Source: Candidatus Latescibacterota bacterium | GTDB lineage: Bacteria > Latescibacterota > UBA2968 > GCA-2709665 | Direction of reading: 5' to 3' | Length of the DNA stretch: 64,000 nt | NCBI GenBank assembly: GCA_965237675.1 | Contig: OZ250150.1 | Coordinates: forward strand, 2,656,001 to 2,720,000 | Shown: piece by piece, positions 9,940-19,770 of the stretch | Position numbering within the stretch: the stretch's first letter is position 1 | Layout of the letters: each line of letters begins with the position of its first letter | Notes under the pieces: model-generated | What the model was told of the DNA's origin: nothing | Databases searched by the model: none | What the model saw: the letters and a program-made list of their open reading frames with translations, nothing else | Made by a program: the position numbers and the translations under genes

Positions 9940-10380
9940 ATGCCATGTGATTTCCATACCACGCGCAGAATAGAGTTTTCGGATACGGATATGGCCGGGA
10001 TTGTGCATTTTTCCCGGTTTTTTGTTTTTATGGAGGCGGTCGAGCACGCATTTCTGCGTTCGCTTGGTACCAGCGTGACGGGTGCCCGGGAAGGGCGGAA
10101 AGTCGGGTGGCCCCGGGTGGGCGCGTCGTGCGATTACGTGAATCCCGCCCGATTCGAAGACGTGCTCGATATCAGGATGAAAGTAATCAGAAAAGGGACG
10201 AGTTCGATAACGTACGGATTCGAGTTTCTCCGGGACGGCGTTATGATTGCACGTGGCCGATTGAGCACGGTGTTCTGCCTGTGCTCCACCGGGGGGCCGT
10301 TCCGTTCCATACCGATTCCCGATTTTATCGCGGATCAAATTCAGGAGTCAGTGGAGGCGGAGGATGACGCTGAGGGCTGA
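9940..10380 (+). CDS. Acyl-CoA thioesterase (4HBT/YbgC hot-dog fold)
   Basis: Start re-assigned to ATG 9940; RRIEFSDTDMAGIVHFSRF motif, PARFED. Confidence 0.88.
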   Translation: MPCDFHTTRRIEFSDTDMAGIVHFSRFFVFMEAVEHAFLRSLGTSVTGAREGRKVGWPRVGASCDYVNPARFEDVLDIRMKVIRKGTSSITYGFEFLRDGVMIARGRLSTVFCLCSTGGPFRSIPIPDFIADQIQESVEAEDDAEG

Positions 10381-11023
10381 GCGGGTTTCCAAACGATACG
10401 GGGATGTGTCCGTTCTCCGTGACGCCTCGTTCGAGATGGCGCGAGGCCAGTCCTTGGCGATTGTCGGACCCTCGGGATCCGGCAAGAGTACGTTGCTGCA
10501 CGTGCTTGGCACCCTCGACAGACCGTCTTCGGGTCGCGTAGAAATCGACAACCGGGACCCTTACGTCCTTGCGGAGAAGGATCTGGCGCGCTTTCGGAAT
10601 CGCGGGATCGGATTCGTATTCCAGGACCACCATCTGCTGCCCCAGTATTCCGTATTGGAGAACGTGCTGATTCCGACGCTGGCTTTTGGTGATGCTGGAA
10701 TCGACGCGGAGGATCGGGCGCGGGCCTTGATCGACCGGGTTGGGCTCGCACATCGGATAGACCACCGCCCGGCGGCCCTGTCCGGCGGCGAACGCCAGCG
10801 TGTGGCGGTGGCGCGGGCGCTGGTCAACCGGCCCGGGCTGCTTCTCTGCGATGAGCCGACGGGCAGCCTGGATCGGGCGCGGGCCGACGAAGTCGGCGAC
10901 CTGCTGTTCGAATTGCATGCTCAAGAAGGAAATATTCTGATCGGGGTCACGCACAGTCTGAAGATGGCCGCACGGTTTGAACGCCGGCTTGAGTTGCGGG
11001 AGGGAGCGTGCGTCGAAGTCTGA
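10364..11023 (+). CDS. ABC transporter ATP-binding protein (LolD/MacB-type)
   Basis: GPSGSGKST, LSGGERQRVA, LLLCDEPTG, VTH. Confidence 0.95.
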   Translation: MTLRAERVSKRYGDVSVLRDASFEMARGQSLAIVGPSGSGKSTLLHVLGTLDRPSSGRVEIDNRDPYVLAEKDLARFRNRGIGFVFQDHHLLPQYSVLENVLIPTLAFGDAGIDAEDRARALIDRVGLAHRIDHRPAALSGGERQRVAVARALVNRPGLLLCDEPTGSLDRARADEVGDLLFELHAQEGNILIGVTHSLKMAARFERRLELREGACVEV

Positions 11024-14000
11024 CCTTTTTCTGGCGTATTCACCTGTCCGTGATGCTCGCCGTGGCGGTGGCCACCGCTGTGCTGACCGGGGCCCTGATG
11101 GTGGGCGATTCGGTACGGGACAGCCTGCGTGATCTGACCCTCGACCGGCTGGGCGATATTGACCATGCGCTCGTTTCGGAACGTTTCTTCCGTGCGGGTC
11201 TGGCGGAGGATCTCGAGCGGAATATGGAAGCATCGTCGGTTGCGCCGGCAATCGTCCTTCGCGGAACGGCTACGCACCAGCAGGGCGGCGCGCGGGCGTC
11301 TCGGGTACGGATCCTGGGCATCGGGTCCCGGTTCGGGGATCTGTTCCATGCGGAGATCCCGGATCTGTCACGCCACGGGATCCCAACACCATTTGTCGTA
11401 AATGAATCGCTGAGGCAAGAGTTGAATGCGCGCGTCGGCGACGGGATTCTACTCTCGTTTGCACGGCCCGGCAGTATCCACCGGGAATCGCTGTTCGGGC
11501 GAGGCGGGGTCTCGGAATCGATCCAGACCGTGCGAGTACAACTCACGGGTGTGCTGCCCGACCGGGGAATGGGTCGTTTCGGTTTGGCCTCGAGTCAGGA
11601 TGCGCCGCTGAATGCGTTTTTATCTCTGCACGTGTTACAGGATGCGCTGGGATTGCCGGATCGGGTGAATATGCTCCTGGTATCAGAGGGGTCGCGGGAT
11701 GCCGGCGATCCGGGGTCGGCGCTCTCCCGGACGGCAACGTTGGACGATTTCGGGCTTTCGATGCGGGTGCAAGCCGATTATCTCACCATTGAAAGCACTC
11801 GGTTTTTCCTGAAACCTCATGTGGCGGATACGGTCCTCGGCCTGGCCGAGGAATGGGGGATGCCACATATGGCGATACTGACCTACCTGGCCAATACGAT
11901 CCAGGTAGGGGATCGCGTATTGCCCTATTCAACGATCGCTGCAATGGGCGCGGGGAGGGTCGGTAGGTTGCGTCTGACGGACGGGAACGGCGCGCCGGTT
12001 CCTGGCGAGGGGGAGTTGCTGCTGAATACCTGGGCGGCGGAGGACCTGCAGGCGAATACCGGCGACGCCGTCGACGTGGTCTATTTCGAGGTCGGTCCGA
12101 AGGAAGCGTTGAATACACGGCGTGTCACATTCAGGCTGGCCGGCGTGGTTGCCATGGAAGGATTGGGCGCCGATTCCCTATTGACGCCGAAATTCCCGGG
12201 TTTGCACGGCGCGGAAGATATGCACGCCTGGGATCCGCCCTTTCCGGTGGATCTGAAGCGCATTCGGCCCGTGGACGAAGCCTATTGGGACGCCTACCGC
12301 GCCGCGCCCAAAGCCATCGTGTCGGCTTCGACCGGACAACGTCTGTGGCGAAGTAGATTCGGCAATCTGACGTCCATTCGGATTGGCCCCGTGCCCGGGG
12401 AAGACATCACGCGATCCGCCGAACGGTTTCGGAGGAGGCTTGGCAGGGCGCTCTCGCCCGAATCAGCCGGGCTTGTATTTCAGCCGGTGAAAGAACTGGG
12501 CCTCGCCGCTTCTTCGGGGTCGACGGATTTCAGCTGGCTTTTCAGCGGATTCAGCCTGTTTCTGATTGTTTCGGCCGCGTTGCTTGTGGGCCTGCTCTTC
12601 CGACTGGGCCTGGAACAGCGTGCGGACGAGGTGGGGGTGTTAATGGCGTTGGGTTTTACCGCCGGAGCGATCCGAAGGCGTTTTATGGGTGAGGCGATCT
12701 GCCTGGCCGGACTGGGGGGGCTGGGGGGCCTTGCGGGAGGAACGGCGTACGGCTGGATCATGATCGCCGGATTGCGCACCTGGTGGGTCCCGGCCGTGGG
12801 GACCACGGAACTCTCCTTGCACGTGAGCGGGTCAAGTCTGGCGGGGGGATATGCGATTTCGCTGATTGTGGTTCTGGTCGCGGTGTGGAAGACCGTCCGG
12901 CAACTGGGCCGCGCGCCCGTTCGCGCCCTCTTGTCGGGGAATGTCGAACCGGAATCAGCGGATCGCGGGCGACGGGCAAGGGTGTATGTCCTCGCGGGTC
13001 TGGGGTTGGCCGCGGCCTGCCTCGGTGGTGCTGTAGACGCGGGCCGCGAAGCGGCGATGGCGCTGTTTTTCGGTTGCGGGGCGTTTCTTTTGGTATCGGG
13101 GCTGGGCATACTCGCCATGTGGTTTCACGGCAGGCGACATGCCGCGGCAACGGGAATCTGGAGAATGGGCCTGCGGAACAGCGCACGAAATCCGGGGCGA
13201 AGTCTGCTTTGCGCATCATTGATCGCGTGCGCCTGCTTTGTGGTTGTGTCTGTTGGCGCGCAGCGGCGCGCCGATGTCACCGAGGATGCGTTGAGCAACC
13301 GGATGTCCGGTGGAGGGGGGTTTCAGCTGGTGGCCGAGACGGACGCGCCGCTTTATCACGATCTCAATTCGGAAGACGGCCGGTTTGAGCTGGGGTTTTC
13401 CGACGAGGATGCGGATGTTCTGGACGGGGCGCGGGTGATGCCTTTCCGTGTGTTGCGGGGAGAAGACATGAGTTGCCTGAATCTCTACCGGCCCCGCCAT
13501 CCACGGGTTCTGGGTGTGCCTGAAGCGATGATTCAACGGGGCGGATTTGCGTTCGAGCGGTTGTTGGATGGAACGGAAACGCCGTGGTCTCTATTGACGC
13601 GGCGCCTGGAGCCGGATGTGATTCCGGCTTTTGGAGACGTGAACTCGGTGACGTGGATCCTGCACAAGGAACTGGGCGACGAGATCTCACTGCAGACAGA
13701 CACCGGGAAGGTTGTCAGGCTGCGGCTCGTCGGACTGTTGAAGAATAGTATTTTTCAGAGTGAATTGCTGGTATCGGAGCCGAATTTTGTCGCGAATTTC
13801 CCCGATCGCAGCGGGTATGGTTATTTCCTGGTCGAGACCGACCGGCCACGTGAATTGGGGCCCCTGCTGGAACGGCGGTTGCAGGACGCCGGTCTCGACG
13901 CAACGTCGACCGCGGCCAGGCTCGCGCGTTACCGGACGGTGGAGAATACGTACCTGTCCACGTTTCAGACGCTTGGCGGGCTGGGGTTGCTTCTGGGCAC

Positions 14001-14328
14001 GTTCGGGTTGGGGATTGTGATGGTGCGGAATGTGGTCGAACGTCGGGGGGAACTCGCGGCGCTGCGGGCGATGGGGTTTCGCAGGTCGCTATTGTCCGGA
14101 CTCCTCTTTATGGAGAACGGATTTCTGATGTCGATGGGCCTGGTCATCGGCGGTGTGTCCGCGGTTGTGACCACCGTGCCCCATTCCACGGTCGGCGATT
14201 TGCCCTGGGGGTCGCTGCTGGCAACCCTCTGTCTGATCTTCCTGGCGGGCCTGCTTTCGGGCGCCGTGGGGATTTTTGTCGCGCTCAGGACCCCTCTGTT
14301 ACCTGCGTTGAAGCGCGAAGGTGCCTGA
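11008..14328 (+). CDS. Large FtsX/MacB-like ABC permease (1106 aa)
   Basis: Two FtsX-type TM blocks (EQRADEVGVLMALGF; ERRGELAALRAMGF) with large periplasmic loops; overlaps the ATPase gene. Confidence 0.9.
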   Translation: MRRSLTFFWRIHLSVMLAVAVATAVLTGALMVGDSVRDSLRDLTLDRLGDIDHALVSERFFRAGLAEDLERNMEASSVAPAIVLRGTATHQQGGARASRVRILGIGSRFGDLFHAEIPDLSRHGIPTPFVVNESLRQELNARVGDGILLSFARPGSIHRESLFGRGGVSESIQTVRVQLTGVLPDRGMGRFGLASSQDAPLNAFLSLHVLQDALGLPDRVNMLLVSEGSRDAGDPGSALSRTATLDDFGLSMRVQADYLTIESTRFFLKPHVADTVLGLAEEWGMPHMAILTYLANTIQVGDRVLPYSTIAAMGAGRVGRLRLTDGNGAPVPGEGELLLNTWAAEDLQANTGDAVDVVYFEVGPKEALNTRRVTFRLAGVVAMEGLGADSLLTPKFPGLHGAEDMHAWDPPFPVDLKRIRPVDEAYWDAYRAAPKAIVSASTGQRLWRSRFGNLTSIRIGPVPGEDITRSAERFRRRLGRALSPESAGLVFQPVKELGLAASSGSTDFSWLFSGFSLFLIVSAALLVGLLFRLGLEQRADEVGVLMALGFTAGAIRRRFMGEAICLAGLGGLGGLAGGTAYGWIMIAGLRTWWVPAVGTTELSLHVSGSSLAGGYAISLIVVLVAVWKTVRQLGRAPVRALLSGNVEPESADRGRRARVYVLAGLGLAAACLGGAVDAGREAAMALFFGCGAFLLVSGLGILAMWFHGRRHAAATGIWRMGLRNSARNPGRSLLCASLIACACFVVVSVGAQRRADVTEDALSNRMSGGGGFQLVAETDAPLYHDLNSEDGRFELGFSDEDADVLDGARVMPFRVLRGEDMSCLNLYRPRHPRVLGVPEAMIQRGGFAFERLLDGTETPWSLLTRRLEPDVIPAFGDVNSVTWILHKELGDEISLQTDTGKVVRLRLVGLLKNSIFQSELLVSEPNFVANFPDRSGYGYFLVETDRPRELGPLLERRLQDAGLDATSTAARLARYRTVENTYLSTFQTLGGLGLLLGTFGLGIVMVRNVVERRGELAALRAMGFRRSLLSGLLFMENGFLMSMGLVIGGVSAVVTTVPHSTVGDLPWGSLLATLCLIFLAGLLSGAVGIFVALRTPLLPALKREGA

Positions 14329-14444
14329 GTTCCGCAAAGGCTCGATGAGAATTGGTTTTCGATTGCGGACGGTTGTGGTGTATATTTGATCGAAGATTCG
14401 ACGATCCAGCCAACGCCGTCAATTTCTGGTGAAAGGAGCGCAGA

Positions 14445-15746
14445 ATGAAGACGTTATTCTCGGCTTTAGCCGCGTTGTTTCTGTTGATCGTTACCGGACA
14501 GGCGGCGTCAAATTGGCCGCATTGGCGCGGGCCGAACGGGAATGGGCTGGTCGATGACGGGAATCCGCCCGTGGAGTGGGGCGAGGGAAAGAACATAAGA
14601 TGGAAGGTTCCGATCCCGGGTCTGGGCCATGCGACGCCGATTGTATGGGGGGACCGGATATTCGTTCAGACGGCCGTCCCGACGGAAGAAGTCACGGGGA
14701 GTGACGAACGGGGTCGGCGCGCGGCACCGACGAATCTGTTTCAGTATAAAGTTCTTGCGCTGGACCGGCGAAATGGAAAAACGGTGTGGGAAAAGACGGT
14801 TCGGGAAGCGCGTCCCCACGAAGGGATGCATCAGACGGCATCATTCGCGTCGAATTCGGGCATCACCGATGGAGAGAATCTGTATGCATTTTTTGGTTCG
14901 CAGGGCCTGTACTGCCTGGATATGGACGGCAACTTGAAATGGGAGAAAGATCTGGGTCAGTACAGGAGCCGAAACGCTTTTGGCGAGGGCGCTTCGCCCA
15001 CGATTTACGACAACACACTGATCATCAACTGGGATCACGAAGGGGATTCGTTTATTGTGGCCCTGGATAAGAAAACGGGCAGGGAACTCTGGCGAAACGA
15101 GCGGGATGAGGTCACCTCCTGGTCCACGCCGCTGGCGGTCGAACACAAGGGAAAACGTCAGATCATCGTGAGCGCGTCAAGCCGCACCCGGGGTTATGAC
15201 CTGGAGACCGGGGCGCTGATCTGGGAATGCGGCGGGTTGGGGACGAATGTGATTCCGACACCCGTGCATGCAAATGGGGTGGTCTACGTGACAAGCGGTC
15301 ACGGGAACCCGGCTATGCAGGCGATTTCGCTGGATAGGGCGAAGGGTGATATTTCGGGGTCGGATTCGGTGCTCTGGTCGATTACCCGGGATACGCCCTA
15401 CGTGTCGTCACCGCTGCTTTACGGTCAGAGGCTTTTCTTCTTGAAGAATCGACGTGCGATTCTGTCCTGTTACAACGCCAAAACGGGCGAAGCGTTTTTC
15501 GGTCCACAACGCCTGGAGGGGATGGGCAGCATCTACGCGTCGTTGATCGGCGTGAAAGATCGCGTGTATATCGCCGGCCTGGAGGGCACGACGCTGGTGG
15601 TCAAAAACAGCCCCGAATTCGAGATTCTGGCGGCAAACACGTTGGATGAAGGGACTGCGGCCTCGCCGGTAGTGGTGGGCGATGCGCTCTATCTGAGGGG
15701 GCGCCGGCATTTGTATTGTATCGCGGAAGACCGGATGGATCAATAG
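14445..15746 (+). CDS. Secreted PQQ-binding-like beta-propeller protein
   Basis: RBS AAGGAG; signal peptide then NWPHWRGPNGNG; SWSTP, YVSSP, AASP repeats. Confidence 0.88.
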   Translation: MKTLFSALAALFLLIVTGQAASNWPHWRGPNGNGLVDDGNPPVEWGEGKNIRWKVPIPGLGHATPIVWGDRIFVQTAVPTEEVTGSDERGRRAAPTNLFQYKVLALDRRNGKTVWEKTVREARPHEGMHQTASFASNSGITDGENLYAFFGSQGLYCLDMDGNLKWEKDLGQYRSRNAFGEGASPTIYDNTLIINWDHEGDSFIVALDKKTGRELWRNERDEVTSWSTPLAVEHKGKRQIIVSASSRTRGYDLETGALIWECGGLGTNVIPTPVHANGVVYVTSGHGNPAMQAISLDRAKGDISGSDSVLWSITRDTPYVSSPLLYGQRLFFLKNRRAILSCYNAKTGEAFFGPQRLEGMGSIYASLIGVKDRVYIAGLEGTTLVVKNSPEFEILAANTLDEGTAASPVVVGDALYLRGRRHLYCIAEDRMDQ

Positions 15747-15793
15747 GTCAAAATCTGCGGTTTAAACGGTAATTGTCGGAGAGGGGAGTTTCG

Positions 15794-16792
15794 ATGAACC
15801 GGTTTGGGAGTGCAGTCCGAGACATTGGCGCAATCGTCATTCTTCTGCTGGGCATGTCGGGGTGTGAAGCCCCGGACAAAGAGGCGGAGACATCTGTACC
15901 GGTGCGGCGTTTTCTGAGCGTGGGTACGGCCCCGCCCGGCGGCGCGTTTTTTGTGGTCGGTGGTGCGATCGCCCAGGTTGTGGACGATCACGGGGGCGAC
16001 CTGTCATGGGACGTGTCCGCGGAGGCGACCAAGGGGACGCAGGAGAATATCCACCGGCTCGTGCGCGGGGAACTGGATTTCGCGCTGGCCAATGCCGCGA
16101 TTTCATATTTTGCGGTGCGTGGCGCGGGAGCCTGGGGTGAAAAGCAGGGGATCAACGCCGTGATGACGCTTGCCCCCAACGTTGCGCTCTTCATTACCCA
16201 GAAGAGTTCGGGGATCCGGGCCATCAGCGATCTCAAGGGCAATCGGGTCGTCGTCGGTCCGGCCGGCGCAGGGTTCGAGTACTTCCTCGCGCCGATTCTG
16301 GAGGCACACGGTGTGACCTACGATGATTTCAGACCGCTGCACAATACACAGGCCGGGGCCGTGGACATGCTTGCGGACGGATCCGCAGCCGCCGCGTTTC
16401 TGGGCGGCGCCGTGCCGACCGCCTCCATAACGCAGGCGAGCGCTTCCCAGGAACTTAAATTCATACCCTTCGCGGTCTCCGCAAAGGAGCGTCTGTTTCA
16501 GGACTATCCTTTCTTTAACGCCGCAATGATCCCGGCGGACACCTATCGCGGCCAGACCGACGTATTTGAAGGGTTGAACGTCGGTTCGATGCATCTGGTG
16601 ACGCGGGCCAGCCTCGACGAAGAGACAGTTTACCGGTTTACCAGGATCCTTTACGAGCACCGCGCGGATGTGGTTAAGAAACATCCCGCGGGAAAAGCCA
16701 TCCATCCCGGGAATGTGATTCGGGACACGGGCACACCCTTCCATCCCGGGGCAATCAGGTACTACAGGGAAATCGGGATCTGGCCCAACTGA
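15794..16792 (+). CDS. TAXI-family TRAP solute-binding lipoprotein
   Basis: Lipobox-like LGMSG-C; GTAPPGGAF, ATKGTQENI, PFHPGAIRYYRE. Confidence 0.92.
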   Translation: MNRFGSAVRDIGAIVILLLGMSGCEAPDKEAETSVPVRRFLSVGTAPPGGAFFVVGGAIAQVVDDHGGDLSWDVSAEATKGTQENIHRLVRGELDFALANAAISYFAVRGAGAWGEKQGINAVMTLAPNVALFITQKSSGIRAISDLKGNRVVVGPAGAGFEYFLAPILEAHGVTYDDFRPLHNTQAGAVDMLADGSAAAAFLGGAVPTASITQASASQELKFIPFAVSAKERLFQDYPFFNAAMIPADTYRGQTDVFEGLNVGSMHLVTRASLDEETVYRFTRILYEHRADVVKKHPAGKAIHPGNVIRDTGTPFHPGAIRYYREIGIWPN

Positions 16793-16793
16793 T

Positions 16794-18728
16794 ATGCCCG
16801 AATCATGGCTTTTCCGCGTCCTGGCGACCCTGCTGAGTCTTTTTGTCCTGGCCGAGGTCAACTATCCACGACTGACACCCCAGGCCCAACTGGCTGTTTT
16901 TGCCATGCTGGGCCTGAGTTTTATCTTTCTCAAGCACCCGATCCGTACTCATGCCGCAGGCGGAAATTCCCTCAGACCTCTGGATTTTCTCTTCGTCGCG
17001 GCTGTTTTTTTGTGTTTCGGCTACGTGCTGGTTCAGACCGAACCGGTCTTCAGGGACTACTGGTTGGGTGGCCTGAGCTTGGGCAACCGCGCCGGTCTGG
17101 AACAACCGCTGGATTGGAAGGTCGGATTGATCGGCCTCTTTCTCGTCCTGGAAGCGACCCGGCGGGTGATCGGCCCGACCCTGCCCCTGCTCTCCCTCGC
17201 CTTCCTGGCCTATGCCGCCTTCGGACACGCCATGCCGGACTGGTTTTTCCCACACAGGGGATATGGCTGGGAGCGTATCGTCTCACAGGCTTTTCTGCAT
17301 TCACAGGGTGTCTTCGGCATCGCCCTTAAAGTGATGTTCACCTATGTGTTTCTCTTTGTTCTGTTCGGCACGACGCTCGACGGGACCGGCGCGACCGGCT
17401 ACGTGCTGGATGCCGCGCGCCGGTTTTTTCGGAAGCGCGCCGGGGGCGCCGCGAAAGTCGCCGTCGTCTCTTCAGGGATGATGGGTTCGCTTTCCGGAAG
17501 TGCGGTCGCAAACACGGCCACGACGGGCACGTTCACAATCCCGATGATGCGCTCGGCCGGATTCCGGCCGGCTGTAGCGGGGGGAATTGAGGCAGCGGCC
17601 AGTTCGGGCGGGGCGCTGGTGCCTCCAATTATGGGCGCCGGCGCCTATATGATGCTGGAGATGGTGGAGCCGGCGGTCACCTATCTGGAGATTATCAAAG
17701 CCGCGCTCATCCCGGCGGTGCTCTACTATATCGCGCTCCTGCTCACCGTGCACTTCTATGCACGGCGGCTCGGTGTGTCCGCACCGGAAGAAAAAAAGCC
17801 CTTGAATCGTCCGTCGGGCGTACAGGGCCTCATCTTCCTGGTTGCTTTCGTGAGTCTGATCCTGCTGATCGTTCTCGGGTATACGCCCTTCCGGGCGGTC
17901 AGCATCGCACTGGTCTGCGTGCTTCTTGCGGCCGCTTTCAGTCCGTCGACGCGCCTGGGTCTTCGTGCATTGTTACGCGCAGTGGAAAGCGCGGCTCAGG
18001 GCGGCGCCCCTCTGATTGCGGCTGCATCCTGTGTGGGCATCATTGTAGGGGTCGTTACGCTTACAGGTATCGGCACGAAGCTTCCGGGCGCCATATTGCC
18101 GCTCGCGCAGGACAATCTTATCCTGGCGCTGATTCTGTTGATGGTTTCGACGATTATTCTGGGGATGGGCCTGCCCTCGGCCGTATGCTATCTTCTGATG
18201 GCCACCCTCGTCGGTCCTGTTCTGGGTGGGCTGGGAACGACACCTCTGGCGGCCCATTTGTTCATATTCTATTTCGGCATGATGTCGATGGTGACGCCTC
18301 CCGTTGCTCTTGCCGCCTACACCGCCGCCGCGATCGCAAAGGCGGATATCATGCGGACGGGATTTGCGGCATTCCGTTTCGCCCTCGTGGGCTTCGCCCT
18401 TCCCTACGCCTTTGTTCTGCATCCCGAGTTGCTTCTGGTTTCGCCCGATCTTCCGTCCACGTTGATCAACGTTCTTATTGTCTTTCTGGGGATTTTCCCC
18501 CTGGCGGCCTCCATCTCCGGCTATGGCTTCGCCCCGCTCAATGCGTGGCAACGCGCTGCCCTGTTAGTTGCGGCTCTCGTCCTCTTTCTCACCCCTTCCG
18601 GAAGTATGCGGGTCTGGGTTCAGGGATCCGCCCTGCTGGCTACCGGGATCATCGCCTTTCTGAACCGGCGGTCCGCCACGGATTCGGTTCGCAGTCAGGA
18701 CGAGTGCGCTGATGCGCCCGACAGGTGA
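16794..18728 (+). CDS. TRAP transporter fused 4TM/12TM permease
   Basis: SGSAVAN, GTFTIPMM, IEAAASSGG..VPPIMGAGA, LGMGLP, VTPPVALAA. Confidence 0.93.
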   Translation: MPESWLFRVLATLLSLFVLAEVNYPRLTPQAQLAVFAMLGLSFIFLKHPIRTHAAGGNSLRPLDFLFVAAVFLCFGYVLVQTEPVFRDYWLGGLSLGNRAGLEQPLDWKVGLIGLFLVLEATRRVIGPTLPLLSLAFLAYAAFGHAMPDWFFPHRGYGWERIVSQAFLHSQGVFGIALKVMFTYVFLFVLFGTTLDGTGATGYVLDAARRFFRKRAGGAAKVAVVSSGMMGSLSGSAVANTATTGTFTIPMMRSAGFRPAVAGGIEAAASSGGALVPPIMGAGAYMMLEMVEPAVTYLEIIKAALIPAVLYYIALLLTVHFYARRLGVSAPEEKKPLNRPSGVQGLIFLVAFVSLILLIVLGYTPFRAVSIALVCVLLAAAFSPSTRLGLRALLRAVESAAQGGAPLIAAASCVGIIVGVVTLTGIGTKLPGAILPLAQDNLILALILLMVSTIILGMGLPSAVCYLLMATLVGPVLGGLGTTPLAAHLFIFYFGMMSMVTPPVALAAYTAAAIAKADIMRTGFAAFRFALVGFALPYAFVLHPELLLVSPDLPSTLINVLIVFLGIFPLAASISGYGFAPLNAWQRAALLVAALVLFLTPSGSMRVWVQGSALLATGIIAFLNRRSATDSVRSQDECADAPDR

Positions 18729-19214
18729 GTGATAACCGGCAGCCGTCATCGCTCGCAGGACGTCGTCCGCCCCCCGTGGCGACAAAGTCCCATCCAGCAC
18801 ACAGGCCTTCAGGATTCCGACGGTTCCCGTAAAAACGACACCTCTATCGAAACAACAACTCCTGGCGGCCCTGTCGTCCGTGGCAACAATACCACCGCGG
18901 GTTTGTGCGAAGGTTATACACGAGGCTTCGCCGGGGGAGAGGGTCTGCAAGAGTTCCCGGTAGGTATCGCGCTCTTCCGGAGAGAAGCGTTCGACACCGC
19001 TCAATCTCCCGGACGTGACAGCGGTTTCGACCTCACGCAAGCCGGAGTAGCCGGCGACAATGCCATCGGCGATCTCGTCCAGCACCTGCGGCGTGATGTT
19101 TGCCCGTCGACCGTAACGGGCAATGAGCAGGTCCAGGCAGCCGGAAAGGACGAAATTGCTCAGGGTAACCGTATCGAAAAAGAATCGCCGGGCAGGTTCA
19201 GGCACGCGCGGCAT
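18564..19214 (-). CDS. PIN-domain (VapC/DUF3368-like) toxin; C-terminus extended by read-through into the TRAP gene
   Basis: FFDTVTLSNF, GEASCI, ATDDRAAR, GTVGIL acidic PIN tetrad pattern; overlaps the upstream antitoxin. Confidence 0.8.
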   Translation of the reverse strand: MPRVPEPARRFFFDTVTLSNFVLSGCLDLLIARYGRRANITPQVLDEIADGIVAGYSGLREVETAVTSGRLSGVERFSPEERDTYRELLQTLSPGEASCITFAQTRGGIVATDDRAARSCCFDRGVVFTGTVGILKACVLDGTLSPRGADDVLRAMTAAGYHSPVGRISALVLTANRIRGGPPVQKGDDPGSQQGGSLNPDPHTSGRGEKEDESRN

Positions 19215-19512
19215 CCTCGTCGCCGTACACGTTGCGCTGGGGGATGCCCTGCTCTACAAGCCACGACCTCAGGTGCAAGACGTGCATTCCCATCTCCCTG
19301 GCCAGCTTTCCAAGGCTGATAAACCCACCCTGGTAGGCGGCAAGCGCCTGACTTTGGCGAAGCGGCAACTCGGCGAATTCAACCTGGTAACAGGCGGAAA
19401 TCGCTTCCCGCACGAGCTGTCCCTTGCTTTTTCGGCGGATGTCCGACAGTCTTTTCAGCTTCAGGTCCGTCTCGCTGTCGATCTTGATATGCAGGGTCCT
19501 GTCATGTGCCAT
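19198..19512 (-). CDS. Antitoxin, RHH/CopG N-terminus plus UPF0175-like C-terminus
   Basis: AGGAGG RBS before ATG 19512; TLHIKID...SKGQLVREAI; YQGGFISLGKLAREMG. Confidence 0.78.
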   Translation of the reverse strand: MAHDRTLHIKIDSETDLKLKRLSDIRRKSKGQLVREAISACYQVEFAELPLRQSQALAAYQGGFISLGKLAREMGMHVLHLRSWLVEQGIPQRNVYGDEDAARA

Positions 19513-19540
19513 ATACACCTCCTGAATTGGTGTCTAGTTC

Positions 19541-19576
19541 TTGTATTAATATACAACTTCTTATACAAGATATCAA
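19541..19576 (-). promoter_or_regulatory. Sigma70 promoter of the TA operon with overlapping operator palindrome
   Basis: Minus strand TTGATA-17 bp-TATATT (19576-19548); palindrome TTGTAT-TAAT-ATACAA (19541-19556) covers the -10. Confidence 0.72.
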
Positions 19577-19770
19577 GATCGGGTACAATCACATGTACGG
19601 GCACATAGGTTGATACTTTTTTTGAGTGATCCGCCGGAGGCAGGGAATTTGAGGGGAAACGGTAGATGACGGGTAATTCTCCTAGACCGTGAGGTCATTT
19701 TCCTCACTTCTTCTTGTTTTTTCTATTTTTACGCCCTTTTTCTTTCTCGCCAAAGAAAAAGGGCCAAAAA

